Shown here: positions 10,904 through 24,036 of the stretch, piece by piece | Numbering within the stretch: the first letter of the stretch is position 1 | Layout: every line of letters starts with the position of its first letter | NCBI GenBank assembly: GCA_032718475.1 | Contig: JAUCBJ010008656.1 | Coordinates: 1 to 44,045, forward strand | Source of the DNA: Nemertoderma westbladi | Lineage: Eukaryota; Animalia; Xenacoelomorpha | DNA length: 44,045 bases | Reading direction: 5' to 3' | The notes under the pieces: model-generated | What the model saw: the letters and a program-made list of their open reading frames with translations, nothing else | What the model was told of the DNA's origin: nothing | Databases searched by the model: none | Translations under genes and position numbers: made by a program

Positions 10904-11728
10904 AGCTGCTATATGAGTTTATCAATATTATAATGAGTTTATAATTAGGCTAGCGGGCGTCGCTGCCTACCCCTCACGGCCCCCGGACAGCGCAAGATCC
11001 TCAGCGCTGATGCACTGCCGCCGCTGTGCTTATCGCCAACATAGTAGCTGCACAACGACAACAACAACCAGCGCGAGTCACTCCACTGTCCGTCCCAAGG
11101 GCTAAGATTTACTTCAGGTTCTTACTGCAGAGTTAGGGCTACTTTCATAATTGCGACTCGCTACTGTAAACACACTTTAGTAGTAACATTCACCTATAAA
11201 CGCACAAATTCCACACAACTGTCACAAACCGCACACATTCGGGCCATTTGTCCGTTAGTCAAGTGCCTTCCAGAATGCCACGTTATTATTGGGTATCCTT
11301 GGATACTAGCAGTGTGCTATTTTATTCCTTATGCTATTCAATGGGGCAAGCCTTTATTGTTTTTTTAACTCACTTCTAATTCTAGCGTGGTTGTTGCCAT
11401 GGTGACATTATGGAAAGCTAGCAGTAGAATTAGGGTAATTCTCATGCATACAGATCTGGGATGCTATTTAATAGTAATTCTTTAATTGTCAATATTCCTC
11501 TTTATACATGATTTTATGAATTTTATCGGCTATTGGCTATATATTGGAGATTCTCGCACACTAATACACTTAATAGGGTGAATCTCCGCTCCCATGATCT
11601 ATTAATTAATGGAATTTTGGGAATGTTATAAATTGTATAAAAATGACAATTTATCAAATTCATTAAAAGAGATGAATTTAAATTTATTCCCGTAAATTTT
11701 ATTATTTAATATTAAAATAGACACAATT

Positions 11729-12057
11729 TTATTCCAGAACATGTCTGGGGACTGGGATCCTTGATTCTAGGAAATTTGTCCTTTTAAGAGTATCGGTAAG
11801 TGCTACGATATCTTAACAGACTAGAATTTTAAAGGATCTAAAATTTTACATATTTTAATTTATAGATTTTCTAGAGTTAACTTGTAAGTAGTTACTCTAT
11901 TGTATTTATTTGACAGATTTTACAAATATTAATAGTTAATATTTAAGATGGGCACCGGTTTATTCCAGAACTTGTCTGGGGACGTTAACCACTGATTCTA
12001 GAATTTTGTCTTTTAAGTATATCGGTGGGTGCCGCGATATCTTAATCGACTAGAATT
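11729..12057. repeat. Two diverged ~100-bp direct repeats with hairpin potential
   Basis: TTATTCCAGAAC.TGTCTGGGGAC...TATCGGT....GC..CGATATCTTAA...GACTAGAATT at 11729-11828 and 11960-12057. Confidence 0.75.
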
Positions 12058-12608
12058 ACAGATGGTCAAAGGGTTTAACAGATTTATTTGCGTTCTACGC
12101 TACTGTTAAAGGGACATCACGCTACTATATGTATTATTTAATATACGGTATGAGAGCAATATCGCAAGAAGCAATGTCAGTGAGAAGAGGCAAGTCGTTT
12201 CCAAGGTCTACCCAGAGCTTGGTTTAGCCGAGACACGAGGATCTGAATTTTGCATTCCTAATACTCTACTTACCAATAATACTTGAATATAGTAGGAGCT
12301 TTATTGTACTTTAATAAGTACGGATATTTCATCTTACTGTAGTCACGTATTTATAATGTAATACGGACAGTAAGGAAAGAGAAAAAGAATTATTTCTCGC
12401 CGTCGCACTAAATATATAATATATAAGTAATTAAGTAATAAGACTAATATATATTGCACTAATCTACTAGATAATCGCTAAAATAACATTCTACTAAATA
12501 AAATTAAAGAAAACGATTATAATAAAATTACATAATAATACATACATAAATATAAAATAATAAAAACAAATATAAAATAATATAGTCACACACCCACTCC
12601 AGACGCTG

Positions 12609-14262
12609 TCACGTTGGGGAGTCCCTAGATGTTTCTTGGATTAGGGAGGTGGTCGTGGGAAGAGTATCTTGCCTTCCATAGTTTCCGGAGAGTTCTCTGT
12701 CTCTTTCCAGTAAACATAAACGACCAACTGGGCGATTGAGCTGCTGCGTCTCGAAGACCATTCCCGGTTTCTTAAAGTTACGTCGCATGACGACGAGTTC
12801 TACCGATTGCACCAAACCATCATCCGAGATATGTCTCGATGATACGACCTGTCTGCCACCGCTTACGTGGAAGATCTGAATCCACAATAAGGACCATGTC
12901 TCCGGTGCTGACGTTTTCTTGGTGCGCAAACCACTTAGTTCGAAGTTGTAGCGTAGGCAGATAATGTTTTTCGAAATGGTCAGCGAAACGACGGGATAAC
13001 AACTGCGTAAGTTGCCAAGTTTGCCGGCAGTATTCGTCTCCGTCCGTGATTTCCGATCGTGGGAGCATGGCTACAGGTTTCTTCAGTAGGAAGTGCGCGG
13101 GTGTTAGCGCTTCCAGGGAATCGGGACTCGATGAGACTGGCATAAGCGGTCTCTCGTTGAGATAGGCGGCGATTTCCTCCATTAACGTCCGCAAAAGTTC
13201 GTTGGTGAGATACGCGGGGCACGGCACTATAAAGTGAAATGCTGTCTTCACGCTCCTGATTAATCTCTCCCAACTTCCTCCCCACCAAGGGGCGTCGGCA
13301 GCGTTGAAGGTCCAGCTAGACGCTGTTACCCTTAGCTGATCGTCCACCTGTCTCTGGTTCCAATCTTTGACGTAAGCCTTGATTTCATTGTTGGCACCAA
13401 TGAAGTTCGTTCCCTTATCAGATCTCATCGTGTTACTAGTTCCAAAGTGAGCGTTCTGTCGGCGTAAGCTCAATATGAAGCTATTGGTAGATAAATCGTT
13501 CACCATATCGAGATGGATAGCTCTACAAGTCATACAGACAAAGATGACACACCATCTCTTGACTATAGTCCTAGCACGATATACTTCAATAGGGCCAAAT
13601 AAATCCACACCGGTATTTGTGAAGGGTGGTTCATAGAAGCTTAATCGTTTCCTAGGTAATTCTGCCTCTCGCTGTGTTAAAGGCCTACTGAATGCTTTCC
13701 TACAGGGTATGCAGTTCCTAAGAACTTGGTTCAGAGCTCTACGGGGTTTATAATAATAATAGCGAGTTCGAATTTCGCTAAGAACTCGTTCTCTACCGGC
13801 ATGATAAAGCTTACTGTGAACGTCTACAATCATCTTGATTTGTATTTCAAGATTTCTAATGAGTATGGGAAACTTAGTGTCAAAGGATAATGGAGCATTA
13901 GTTAATCTTCCTCCAACACGTATTAACCCATCTATCATTGTGCTAGAGAAATGATCCCTTAAGCGCATCTGTGGATTTCTCAACAACAGGAAATACTTAT
14001 CGGAATCCTCATAGCATTGCAGGAGTCTCAGTATCTGCTTATTGGTTTCTTCATGCTCCTGGTAACTGATCTTCTCCTTAAGAAACTTGTCGGATATCTT
14101 GTATTTGGGAAGATCTTTAACAACATGGACGTGCGCAGATGTCGGTGGAGCGGTATCACTAGCGATCTTCGTCCTGGAGTAGTGATGATGAAAACATCGC
14201 TTTAAATAAGCAACGGCCTTACAAAGCCGATTCCAGGAGCTATAGTGAATACCGGTATACAC
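12609..14262 (-). pseudogene. BEL/Pao pol C-terminus: integrase (HHCC, DDE core, DUF5641-like tail); frameshift near 12825
   Basis: GLIRVGGRL, H-x4-H...CIPC, GVDLFGP, SDKGTNF, PWWGGSWERLIRSVK, LNERPL, LTPAHFL, then DDGLVQSVEL and RPVGRLCLLE in a second frame. Confidence 0.93.
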
Positions 14263-16018
14263 TTATAGTATATATATAAGTATTATTACAGACTAGGTTT
14301 GTCACAGAATACCGGTATATAATTTCAGCACAAATATATATAAATATATAATAAGCCTATCGTGAATACCGGTATACAGCTTACACTTATAATGTATATA
14401 TAAGTATAATTATAGACTAGAATTAATTACAGAATACCGGTATATAATTTCAGCTTAAATTTATAGAAATAAATATAATAAGCCTATTGTAAATACCGGT
14501 ATGTCAATTATTTTAGAATAATTGAATTTCTGAATTTAAGGGGTTACTTGGTTACTTTACTTTACTTTATTACCGTTATTTAAGCAGTAGTCCAACTGAT
14601 ATTAACACCTAATTGTTGTATGACAGGCCTACTATTTTATAAATCGGTTTGAGTTGATTTATAATATATATACCCGTATAATGGGTTTTTGTCAATATTT
14701 GAAATAAATGTTATTATTTCTGGGAAGGAGTCACTACACAGAAGCTGTACGCTCTCAGTGAAGTGCTACTTGTTGGACACTAAAACAAATAATTCTAATT
14801 TGCCTAAGTTACTTATTGCTACAAATTACGTATAATTGCGGGGTGATATTACAATCTCTAAGTAAACACAAAAATTACAAGTACAAATTTTTAGGTTAAT
14901 TTTACAAGAAGTCTACAAACCAGCCTAACAAAGGGTTAGAATATCTGGTTATTACAACGGACAGGATAATACGGTATTTGAAAATAATAAAGCAGTAGTA
15001 AATATACTGCGTTGTCCAGATAGGAAAAATACCACCGTCTGACGACTTATAGCCGTATCGCTAAAAGTACTACGTTATGTTTCACGGAGTGTTCCTACCT
15101 AGAAGTTAATTACCGCGGCCTACCAGAGCCAATGTGCCTATTAACCCCTCTTACAACACAAAAATACTGCCTACACACTAATTACCTTCGGAAAGCACTG
15201 TACACTAAACCCTAAATTAGGTACAAGCACTTATACAACAAATAACCAGCAGTTAAAAATACTTGAACAGCTAAAGGAACCACGGTATCTGCCGGAGTGA
15301 CCAAAGCATAAAATCTCCAGTCTTTACCTACGCCAAACAGCCCTGATGTAGTACCGGGGTTAATTTAACTATAACGGTATATATAACAAGCACAATTACT
15401 GTAGGAATAAACTTGGGGGTATGAATGTTGCGAATAATCGCATAAACTCTGAATAATAAATATTACGCTACCCTTACAGACTACACAAACAAAAATACAG
15501 ACCAAACGCTGGCAGACTACTATCAAGCCTAAATAAACCAGAGTATATGCAGACTCCGAAATGGTTAGTTAGTATGCGTTCTAACCGAGTAGTACGACTT
15601 ATTCTTTCAGGGGGGATTTGATTTACCTTACAGCACTGGATGCCACCCACTTTCCTAACTAGTACTTTATCGGACATACACTCTACACACACTGCAATCT
15701 CTTCAGACTTAACAACAGTCAGACAACAGTCCAGCCTACAAATTATCTGTACAATCTGGGCAGGCTTATACGTCTTCTGCTCAATATTAACTTATAGATA
15801 AATAAAACTGACAGAAATAAGTAAAATCTCAATAAAAAACCAGGGCGGCCGTCCCTGATTAAATATTAAGACCTACCGGTATATAATTATCAAAAACGAA
15901 TAATACTGCTGTACCTGTACTGCTGTAAGTACCGGTTCGGGTGGTTAGGTAGTCAGGCCTATTGGTTACCGGTCGACCGGTACTTTTGCCCTTTATTGCC
16001 TACGTGCAATAAAGAAGC

Positions 16019-16030
16019 TATAACTGTTAT
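16019..16030 (-). promoter_or_regulatory. Primer-binding-site position of element B (ATAACAGTTATA), complementary to LTR segment 16764-16775
   Basis: + strand 16019-16030 TATAACTGTTAT is the exact reverse complement of 16764-16775 and of 8831-8842 in the 3' LTR. Confidence 0.75.
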
Positions 16031-17210
16031 TGTTCGCGCTTTTAGACCTTTAGCAGTTTAACCTGCCAAATTTAGGTGTCTTCTAGGTTATAAATCGACT
16101 TTAGCCTATGATGAGTATTTGATACACTACATTAGCCGAAGCCATCCTATGCGCGACCATTCACCCGTTGGATATACCCGGGAGACTGGATTCGGAAGCT
16201 CTGACTTTATTGCGGTGTAGGCCTACTGTATTATTCGATTGATCGTTAATATATAATCTCTGACAAATATTATTCACTTTCAGGAAATATTAACAGTTCC
16301 TTTAGGACGTGGCGCTCTAAGTATGTAAACAGAGTTATGACTTACACTAAACACAACGGGATGGCTAATGATTCACGTATAAAGCGCATTCTTTAGGAGA
16401 TGCTTTGTTATCTGTCACAGTCATGCACACTACTGCACAATGCGGCACACCGATCTGCCGACCTTCACTAATTTTAGTCACATATAAAGAGAACAGCAAC
16501 TGACACCTGTAGGGCCTATGAAATAGCATTAAATTCACTCCAAAACCACTTTAATGTAAGTCGCAATTGCTATATGTAACCGGTCTCTCACCTTCAGTAT
16601 ATCAAGAAGATTGGGGTTTTATGGTTATTTATCGATATTCTCCAAATATAACAATATTCCATCAACTGATACAATTAATAACCGACAGTAAATAGCAGTA
16701 AAATAATGCAGTGAAAGGTACGGCGAGTCTGGTATGCCAGGTATGGCAGACTGAGTTGAGTTGATAACAGTTATACGTTTCTATAATCAAAGCCGTTCTA
16801 ATGTTTGGCTAAAGTCTGAAACACAGAATAATTCCACAGCCGGTGTTCTGGCATCAGGAAAAAAGGTAAACGTAAACCATAATGCATTGCGCGATTTCCC
16901 GGAGGTTTCTGTACAAATAAAATGAAAATCGCTCTGATTGGTCGACCGAACAAAGAACAAAGAAAAAGTTACACGTGTACATATCAGCTGATAGATGTCG
17001 TCATCTGAACTATACTGTATCAAGAGTATTTTGGCGTATTGCGACATAAAATCGCTAGTTATGTCCGCTAAAGTACACATACAGAAGAAATGGCTTTTTA
17101 TGTCCACTAAAACACCGGTACAGTAAGGAAATGGCTTTTTATGTCCGCTAAAACACCTACAGAGTACTTTGCGGGGAAAATGACTAGCTAATTCCGCAAA
17201 AGCCTTTACA
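16031..17210 (-). repeat. 5' LTR of element B (1180 bp)
   Basis: TG...CA termini; colinear with 8102-9275; CCAAT box on the sense strand near 16938. Confidence 0.88.
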
Positions 17211-17360
17211 CATCATCTGATATATTCACAGGTTATTGTTAGGTCTTAGGTCCGGTACAGTAAAGCTGTAGAATTTTAAAACAATAGCTGATTTACATTT
17301 TACAATGTTGTAATTTATAAATATTCAAACATCTAGTTTATAGTGGGCAAAGAACATATA

Positions 17361-19560
17361 CCGTAGCGTGGGGTGACATGAGACTAGGGGGAGGCTTGAG
17401 ACAGCAATTTATAAATAATGTTGAAGTGTGATTATGCGAAGACAGATGATTTTCAGTGCGGTTGGAAAAAGCATTTCCTGAAAGCTAAATAGTTCGCCTA
17501 TGTAAATGTACTAATTACTACCATAATATTAGATACTATTCGAAGTTAATTGCGAAAAAGAGTTTCGGTTTTTTACCCCACTTTCCAATAGCCCAAAAAA
17601 TTTCAGATTGCAACGGATGCTCATTCCTTTTCTCAGTTGTGTTTTTTTACATCATATTCAGCAACATTTTATCTTTATAATTTGATTTTAGTTTTCTATC
17701 AATTCTTCTTTGTTTAAGGTTAGCAGCGAATAATTGATCAGTACCTCTATTTTGGGGTGACTTTAGACACTAATGGTTTGACGGTTTGATGGTTCTAGAA
17801 TCCTGTAATGAGTGGTTGATTGATAATAAGCTATCCATTCACTACGGTAAGACTGAAAGTATTTTGTTTGGTTCCAAAAGAAAGTTAAAGAAGGTAACTA
17901 AGTTTGAAGTCACTAGTAATGGACATAAGATTGAAAATAAAAAGGAAGTTAAATATTTAGGCGCCACATTGGATAACTGCTTATCAGGAGAAAGTACAGT
18001 GAAAAATATTTTCTCGAAAGTTAACAGTAGGCTTAGGTTTCTATACAGAAATAAAAATAGTTTAAACACCGACACCCGCAAGTTACTTTGCTCTTATTTA
18101 ATACAGTGTCACATGGACTATGCGTGCTCTTCTTATGGTATGAAGGCTTAACCAAACAGCTTAAATGTAAATTACAAGTAGCTCAGAATAAAGTAGTACG
18201 ATTTATTAAAGACTACAAACCTAGGCACCACCTAACTCCAGATGACGTTTCTGAATCTGGACTACTTAACTTAGATAGTAGAGTTAAGCAGCTACGCCTT
18301 AACCATGTGCATAAAGTGTATAATGGTATATTTCCCAATTACCTAAAACAAAAATTCAACAGAGTACGCGATACACACTCTTACAGTACCAGAGCTAGTG
18401 CTTCAAACTTATACCTCCCGAATTGTAAATCCTTTGAATCTGATACTTTCTTTTTTAACGGTATTAAAAATTGGAACGCTCTGCCTAATGAAATTAAAAA
18501 CCTAAATAATCAACATTCTTTTAAATCTGCAGTTAAATCTCACCTCCGTATGCAATGTAAAAATAGGTACAATAGTCCTACAGTAAGTTATTAGTTTAAT
18601 AATTATTTACTATTTATACTGTAATTACGTTTTATAATAAATTGTTCTGTACATTACATCTTTATCGTTGAGTCGGGCATTGTCACGCTCTCGGTAAAGT
18701 TGTACATGCACATAGTGTAATTACGTTTTATATTGGTTTTAGGTTAGCGTAGTGTAATATTGTATTTGTAACCAAGTAACATAAAGGACCCCCTTGGAAA
18801 TACGCTGCAAAGCTTTAGGGGTAATCCTATATGTTATGTTGGACAATACCTTTATACCGGTACATTGTTTGGTGTATTTGTTATTGTTTTTACATAATGT
18901 ATAAATAAATCTATCTATCTATCTATCTATCTTGACGGACGTAAGATAACAAATGCAACGCGAACGCATGTATAGTATAATTAAATAAGATAACTAGGCT
19001 TGCGGTTTTAAACTCAACAAAAACTTTGTTTATTTAATATTCATATTTGCAATAATTGTAATATAATGCAGCACATAATACAGTAATAAATAAGGTGGAA
19101 TTGTTAATAATACGATTTCTAATGTTTGTCTACTTAACTGAATAATATGCAGTGTAATTTTCTAATATTGGTCTACTTCTACTGTATATAAAAATCCGGG
19201 TGCCATTATTTTATCTACACAGAAACTTAAGTGACTTACTTTTTAAACTTCACTAAAACTCTGTTTATTAATATTCATATTTGTAATAATAATTGTAATG
19301 TAGTAATGCAGTAAGTAGCTACTGTAGCAGTCAGAACCGTATATAATTCAGTAATAATGCCTAATTGTTAATAATACATTTCTAATATTGGTCTACTTTC
19401 TACTTAACAAAACAATCTTATGTTTATCTTCACTAATTTTGTTATAAAAATAATGAAAATTGCTGTAAAACAAACTATCCATGTATTGAATATATGGGGT
19501 TTGTTTTATGGCAAATTTTTTTAAAATATGCACAGTGTCTCATCTCACCCCTTAACATGG
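17361..19560. mobile_element. Old non-autonomous TIR DNA transposon interrupted by a LINE
   Basis: Imperfect inverted ends CCGTAGCGTGGGGTGACATGAGAC (17361) and GTCTCATCTCACCCCTTAACATGG (to 19560). Confidence 0.5.
17785..18931 (+). mobile_element. 5'-truncated CR1/L2-group LINE (RT C-terminus, 3' UTR, (ATCT)n tail) with 7-bp TSD
   Basis: WLIDNKLSIHYGKTESILF, VKYLG, LQVAQNKVVRFI, KNWNALP; one frameshift near 18135; AATAAA plus ATCT tail; TTGACGG at 17778-17784 and 18932-18938. Confidence 0.92.
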
Positions 19561-19571
19561 TTAAAATGATA

Positions 19572-20376
19572 CACCATGTCCCGTAATATAGTGTCATTTT
19601 CTGATGACACGGACCCCCCCCCCCCCCCCCCCCCCAGATTTTTCTACAAATCTTTATCATATTGCTTGAAATTTGAAACACAACTATTCCTTTTGTCTTT
19701 AAATTTTTTTTATAAGAGTTTTAAAAAAGTGTCTTTTACAAAATCACACCCTCCGTATCGTGGCCATTCTTCACATTAGACGTAATTTTTTCATTCAAAG
19801 ATTTTCGTTCAAAGATTGCAAGAATTATTGTTCGCAGCAGGCCATTTATTCTATCTAATAAATACACAAAATTCTAGAATGTGTTATTTATTTTATGAGT
19901 TGGTTGGAAACAGCGGTACTCCTATCCAATATATCTTTGCGTAGCTATTCATACATAAACAAAATGTTCCAGAACATCGTTTATTTATTAAATGGAATAA
20001 ATGGCCTGCAGTGAACAATAATTCTTGCAATCTTTGAACGCCTATATCTCAGCTGTTTCTCAACGAAATTCAGATATTGTTACATATTTGGAATCCTTGC
20101 AACGCAAGCTTTCTAATGATATGAAAAAATTATGACTAATGTGAAGAATGGCCACGATACGGAGGGTGCGATTTTGCAAAAGACACTTTTTTAAAACGCT
20201 TATAAAAAATTTAAAGGCAAAATCGAAAATTCCGGCTTCATGGGGTCAACCACGGTGAGTTGAACTAGGTTGTGTTTCAAATTTGCAAGCAATATGATAA
20301 AGATTTGTAGAAAAAGTTGGGGGGGGGGGGGGGGTCCGTGTCATCAGAAAATGACACTATATTACGGATCATGGTA
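19572..20376. mobile_element. Fold-back MITE with ~200-bp TIRs and an inner inverted pair
   Basis: CACCATGTCCCGTAATATAGTGTCATTTTCTGATGACACGGAC(C)n mirrored at 20320-20376; inner arms ~19810-19880 and ~19965-20040. Confidence 0.88.
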
Positions 20377-20621
20377 CACTTACAGATGTATTCGAGACTA
20401 ATTTCTATAACCGGACCATAAAATAACAGAGAATTTTGATTTTGAGAGATAATTATGACCTTGCAGTCCAATACCAGATTATTGTGCTATTTATGTCGGA
20501 AACAGCTGTTTTAGAGTTATGTTTAGTTCGTTTTTGTTAGCATGTTTCGAATATATTGAATAAGACATGTATCATGTTATTATAACTTTTTGTTGGGCAC
20601 AGCTTCTCAAATTCGGCAATA

Positions 20622-20692
20622 CGTCCAGGTGGAATCGAACTGGTGACCTCCGGGTTGGAAGTCTAACGCTCTAACCATTCAGCTAGCGGCTC
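20622..20692 (-). mobile_element. tRNA-derived SINE head or tRNA pseudogene (TCC, Gly-like anticodon position)
   Basis: A box TAGCTGAATGGTTAGAGCG, loop CTTCCAA, B-box-like GTTCGATTCC; acceptor and anticodon stems do not pair. Confidence 0.7.
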
Positions 20693-21794
20693 AGGTAAGA
20701 GGTAGATCGTGATACTATATGATACCTTGTATGTCCGCAATATATTATGTATCATATATCTTGTATGTATCATGTATCTCACAAACTGGTTGACAGCCAA
20801 TAATAATTTTCCTGCAATAAATCCAGTCCTAAAGTGTTACAAACATTCAAACACTCATGTGACTCAAACACATTCGAACACAAACATTTTTTAAAAATTT
20901 TATAAAAAGTGTCTCCGATGAGTACTCCTAAATGGCTGGTCAACGATGCAATACCTATATATTATTATCATTACGAAGTTGTAAAGTCAAGATCCGAATC
21001 CACAAATGTTCTTGCTTTGGATCTTCCCTGGACGTACTGAAAAATCCAGGGGTTCAAAGGTCTAATAAGTCAAGCCGTTCTAAATGCGATCTCAACTACC
21101 GGTCAAACAGTAGTCTTCCCTCTAAGATCCGCCAACCACTGCTAAACCCCCACGAACAGTGGAAGAATCAATAAACTTCCTATTCTCGGGTGTACAGGAC
21201 AGCTGCTGCTAACCACAGCAAATATGTAACCTCACCAGGGCAACGGTCTCCACTTGGGATGGAATCAATTTTGTTACTCAATAAATGAAGCCTTACTAAC
21301 CGACAGACAATCTGTAGATCAGAGTGCGTGCAAGGGCGCGGGTTCATTTTATTTTGGCAGTGATTTTTTATGTCCTTTTATTTGACTTGTTTTGTCCTCC
21401 TTTTTTTACGAATTGTGCATAATGACTTTTGTTGTCCCTTTAATGACTTTTGTTGTCCTTTTAATGACTTTTTATGTATGTATTTCTTCAAACTGTCAGA
21501 CTGCTGATTTCTGGACTGTCAGACAGCTGATTTCTGGACTGTCAGACAGTTGATTTAAACATCCCTATGCCAAAACATTCAAAATTTGTTGATTTCTGGT
21601 CTGTCGGACAGTTGGTTTCACTATGCCTGTGCCAAAACATTCCATGATTTATAGACTATGAGATAGATTTCCATATGCGCCTGTGGTAAAAGACTCTATA
21701 TTTAATAGTTTGTGGTTGCTGTCGATAATCGATTACCACATGACGTAGCAAAACACTCATTTTATAGCCAAAAACAATTACCAATTGATGGCGG

Positions 21795-22353
21795 GTTACA
21801 GAGGCGGGATTTTCTAACCAAAACAATAAGCAGTCACTTTACCAAATCAGGGAAAGGAGCAGGTTACAGAGACGGGATTTTCTAACCAAAACAATAAACG
21901 ATCACTTAACTAATTGATGGAAAGGAGCAGGTTACAGAGGCGGGATTTTCTAACCAAAACAATGAACGATCACTTAACTAATTGAGGGAAAGGAGCAGGT
22001 TACAGAGGCGGGATTTTCTAACCAAAACAATAAACGATCATTTAACTAATTGAGGGAAAGGGGCAGGTTACAGAGGTGAAATTTTCTAACCAAAACAATA
22101 AACGATTACTTAACTAATTGAGTGAAAGGAGCAGGTTACAGAGGCGGGATTTTCTAACCAAAACAATAAACGATCATTTAACTAATTGAGGGAAAGGGGC
22201 AGGTTACAGAGGCGGAATTTTCTAACCAAAACAATAAACGATGACTTTAACTAATTGAGGGAAAGTGGCAGGTTACAGAGGCGGGATTTTCTAACCAAAA
22301 CAATAAACAGTCACTTTACTAAATGAAGGAAAGAAGCAGGTTACAGAGGCGGG
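21795..22353 (+). repeat. ~63-66-bp tandem repeat, about 9 copies
   Basis: GGAAAGGAGCAGGTTACAGAGGCGGGATTTTCTAACCAAAACAATAAACGATCACTTAACTAATTGA-like units. Confidence 0.92.
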
Positions 22354-22606
22354 CCTTCTGTGCTGTTGGAAGTAGTGGTGCCGCTATCCGTAAAACACTA
22401 CTCAGACAGTAGTCATGATCCATTATTGATTATAAAACTAATACAGTAATAGGCCTAAATTATGTGAAAGGTATATCCACATTTTCCACAATCCTGCAAT
22501 CCAGTTTGGCCTATCAATTATTTAAAATTTATTAGCACAAACGGTAGGCCTACCATTACCGTATTTAAATGGTAGGCTACATAGTAGGCCTATAGCAGTA
22601 CCGGTG

Positions 22607-23557
22607 CCGGTGTCACAAGGAAATCAGCCCCCCCTAGAATATGCCCCCCGGGGCATTATTTCCTAGGATATTATGTCCCCCCGGGCAATTTTTCCTAGGA
22701 AATTTAGCCCAGGGGGGGCATTTTCTCCTTAGGAAATAATGCCTCCCCACAGGAAAATTAGCCCCCCTCAAAAGTCTGAAAACTGGTACGATACCGGTCT
22801 GCTGGTAGCCACTTTTAATCTACCAACTGCAGAACTTCTGAACTTGTAATAGTTGGAAGAATAGTACGGTACCGGTCTGCCGGTAGGTAAGCAGGTAAGG
22901 CAGTAAGGGGATGTAGAACAGCATACTGAAGTATCTAAGTCAGTAGGCTACCAGGCTACTGTAGTAAGTACTGGTATAAACAGCAGTGCGAGTGCGTGTG
23001 GTGTTGTGTGGGCGCCGAGCAGCTCCAAGCTTTTTTAAGTCTGTAACCTGCTCCTTTCCCTGATTTGGTAAAGTGATTGTTTATTGTTTTGGTTAGAAAA
23101 TCCCGCCTCTGTAACCTGCTCCTTTCTCTCAATTGGTAATGTTATCGTTTATTGTTTTGGTTAGAAAATCCTGTCTCTGTAACCTGCTCCTTTCCCTGAT
23201 TTGCTAAAGTGACTGTTTATTGTTTTGGTTAGAAAATCCCGCCTCTGTAACCTGCTCCTTTCCCTCTGCCCTCAATTAGTTAAATGATCGTTTATTGTTT
23301 TGGTTAGAAAGGCCTGCCTCTGTAACCTGCTCCTTTCCTTCATTTGGTAAAGTGACTGTTTATTGTTTTGTATAATTTTTGTAAGTTTTAGTAGTAGGCC
23401 TAATAAGTTTTGTTTATTGTATAATTCAGGGGGGGCATAATTTCCTAAGGGGGGGCATTTTTTCCTAGGGAAATTTGCCCGGGGGGGCATTTTTTCCTAG
23501 GAAAATATGCCCCCCCGGGCACATTTCCCGGGGGGGCATATTTTCCTGTTACACCGG
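22607..23557. mobile_element. Non-autonomous TIR element with G/C-run subterminal repeats
   Basis: CCGGTGTCACAAGGAAA ... TTTCCTGTTACACCGG; repeated CCTAGGAAA/GCCCCCC motifs at both ends. Confidence 0.8.
23040..23370 (-). repeat. Inverted block of the same tandem repeat as 21795-22353, about 5 copies
   Basis: TCTGTAACCTGCTCCTTTCC...TTATTGTTTTGGTTAGAAAATCCCGCC is the reverse complement of that unit. Confidence 0.9.
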
Positions 23558-24036
23558 TACTAAAATACAGAAATACCTGCTTTATACCTAGGCCTACATC
23601 TGTACATACAATACAGCAAAATAGTGCTACTAATACCGGTACTGAGAGCCTGAGAGAACAGCAGTAGAGAAACCGGTAGCATGGAACCTAACATTAGACT
23701 TTTGGAGGACATAAAAAATAAAAAAAAAGGACAAAAAAAGGATTTAAACGGACAATAAAAATTATTGCGATTCTAAAATAGGTTTTTTTATTGTACGGTA
23801 AATTTTCAGAATAGCTCGTTACAGCGTTATAGGTGGTTATACCTGTATACTGTTTACTGTTATAGCCCGTTATAGATCGTTCTACCAGTCTACCTTTTAG
23901 TACGTACCAGTATAACAGTATAATGCCATTAACTGTCAGTTTTAGTCAGTATGGATACTGGGATAGGCCTAACGATATTATTAGTCATTATTTACATCCG
24001 TCATAGACGGCAGGACGGAGCGGCGATTGAAAAGCA

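Larger units (their letters stand above)
8102..17210 (-). mobile_element. BEL/Pao element B, internally deleted (5' LTR, leader, integrase, extra ORF, 3' LTR)
   Basis: Two direct LTRs, Pao-type integrase, leader shared with element A; no target-site duplication found. Confidence 0.88.

Noticed and set aside
20622-20692. Functional tRNA-Gly
   Set aside because: Acceptor and anticodon stems do not pair; treated as SINE head or pseudogene.
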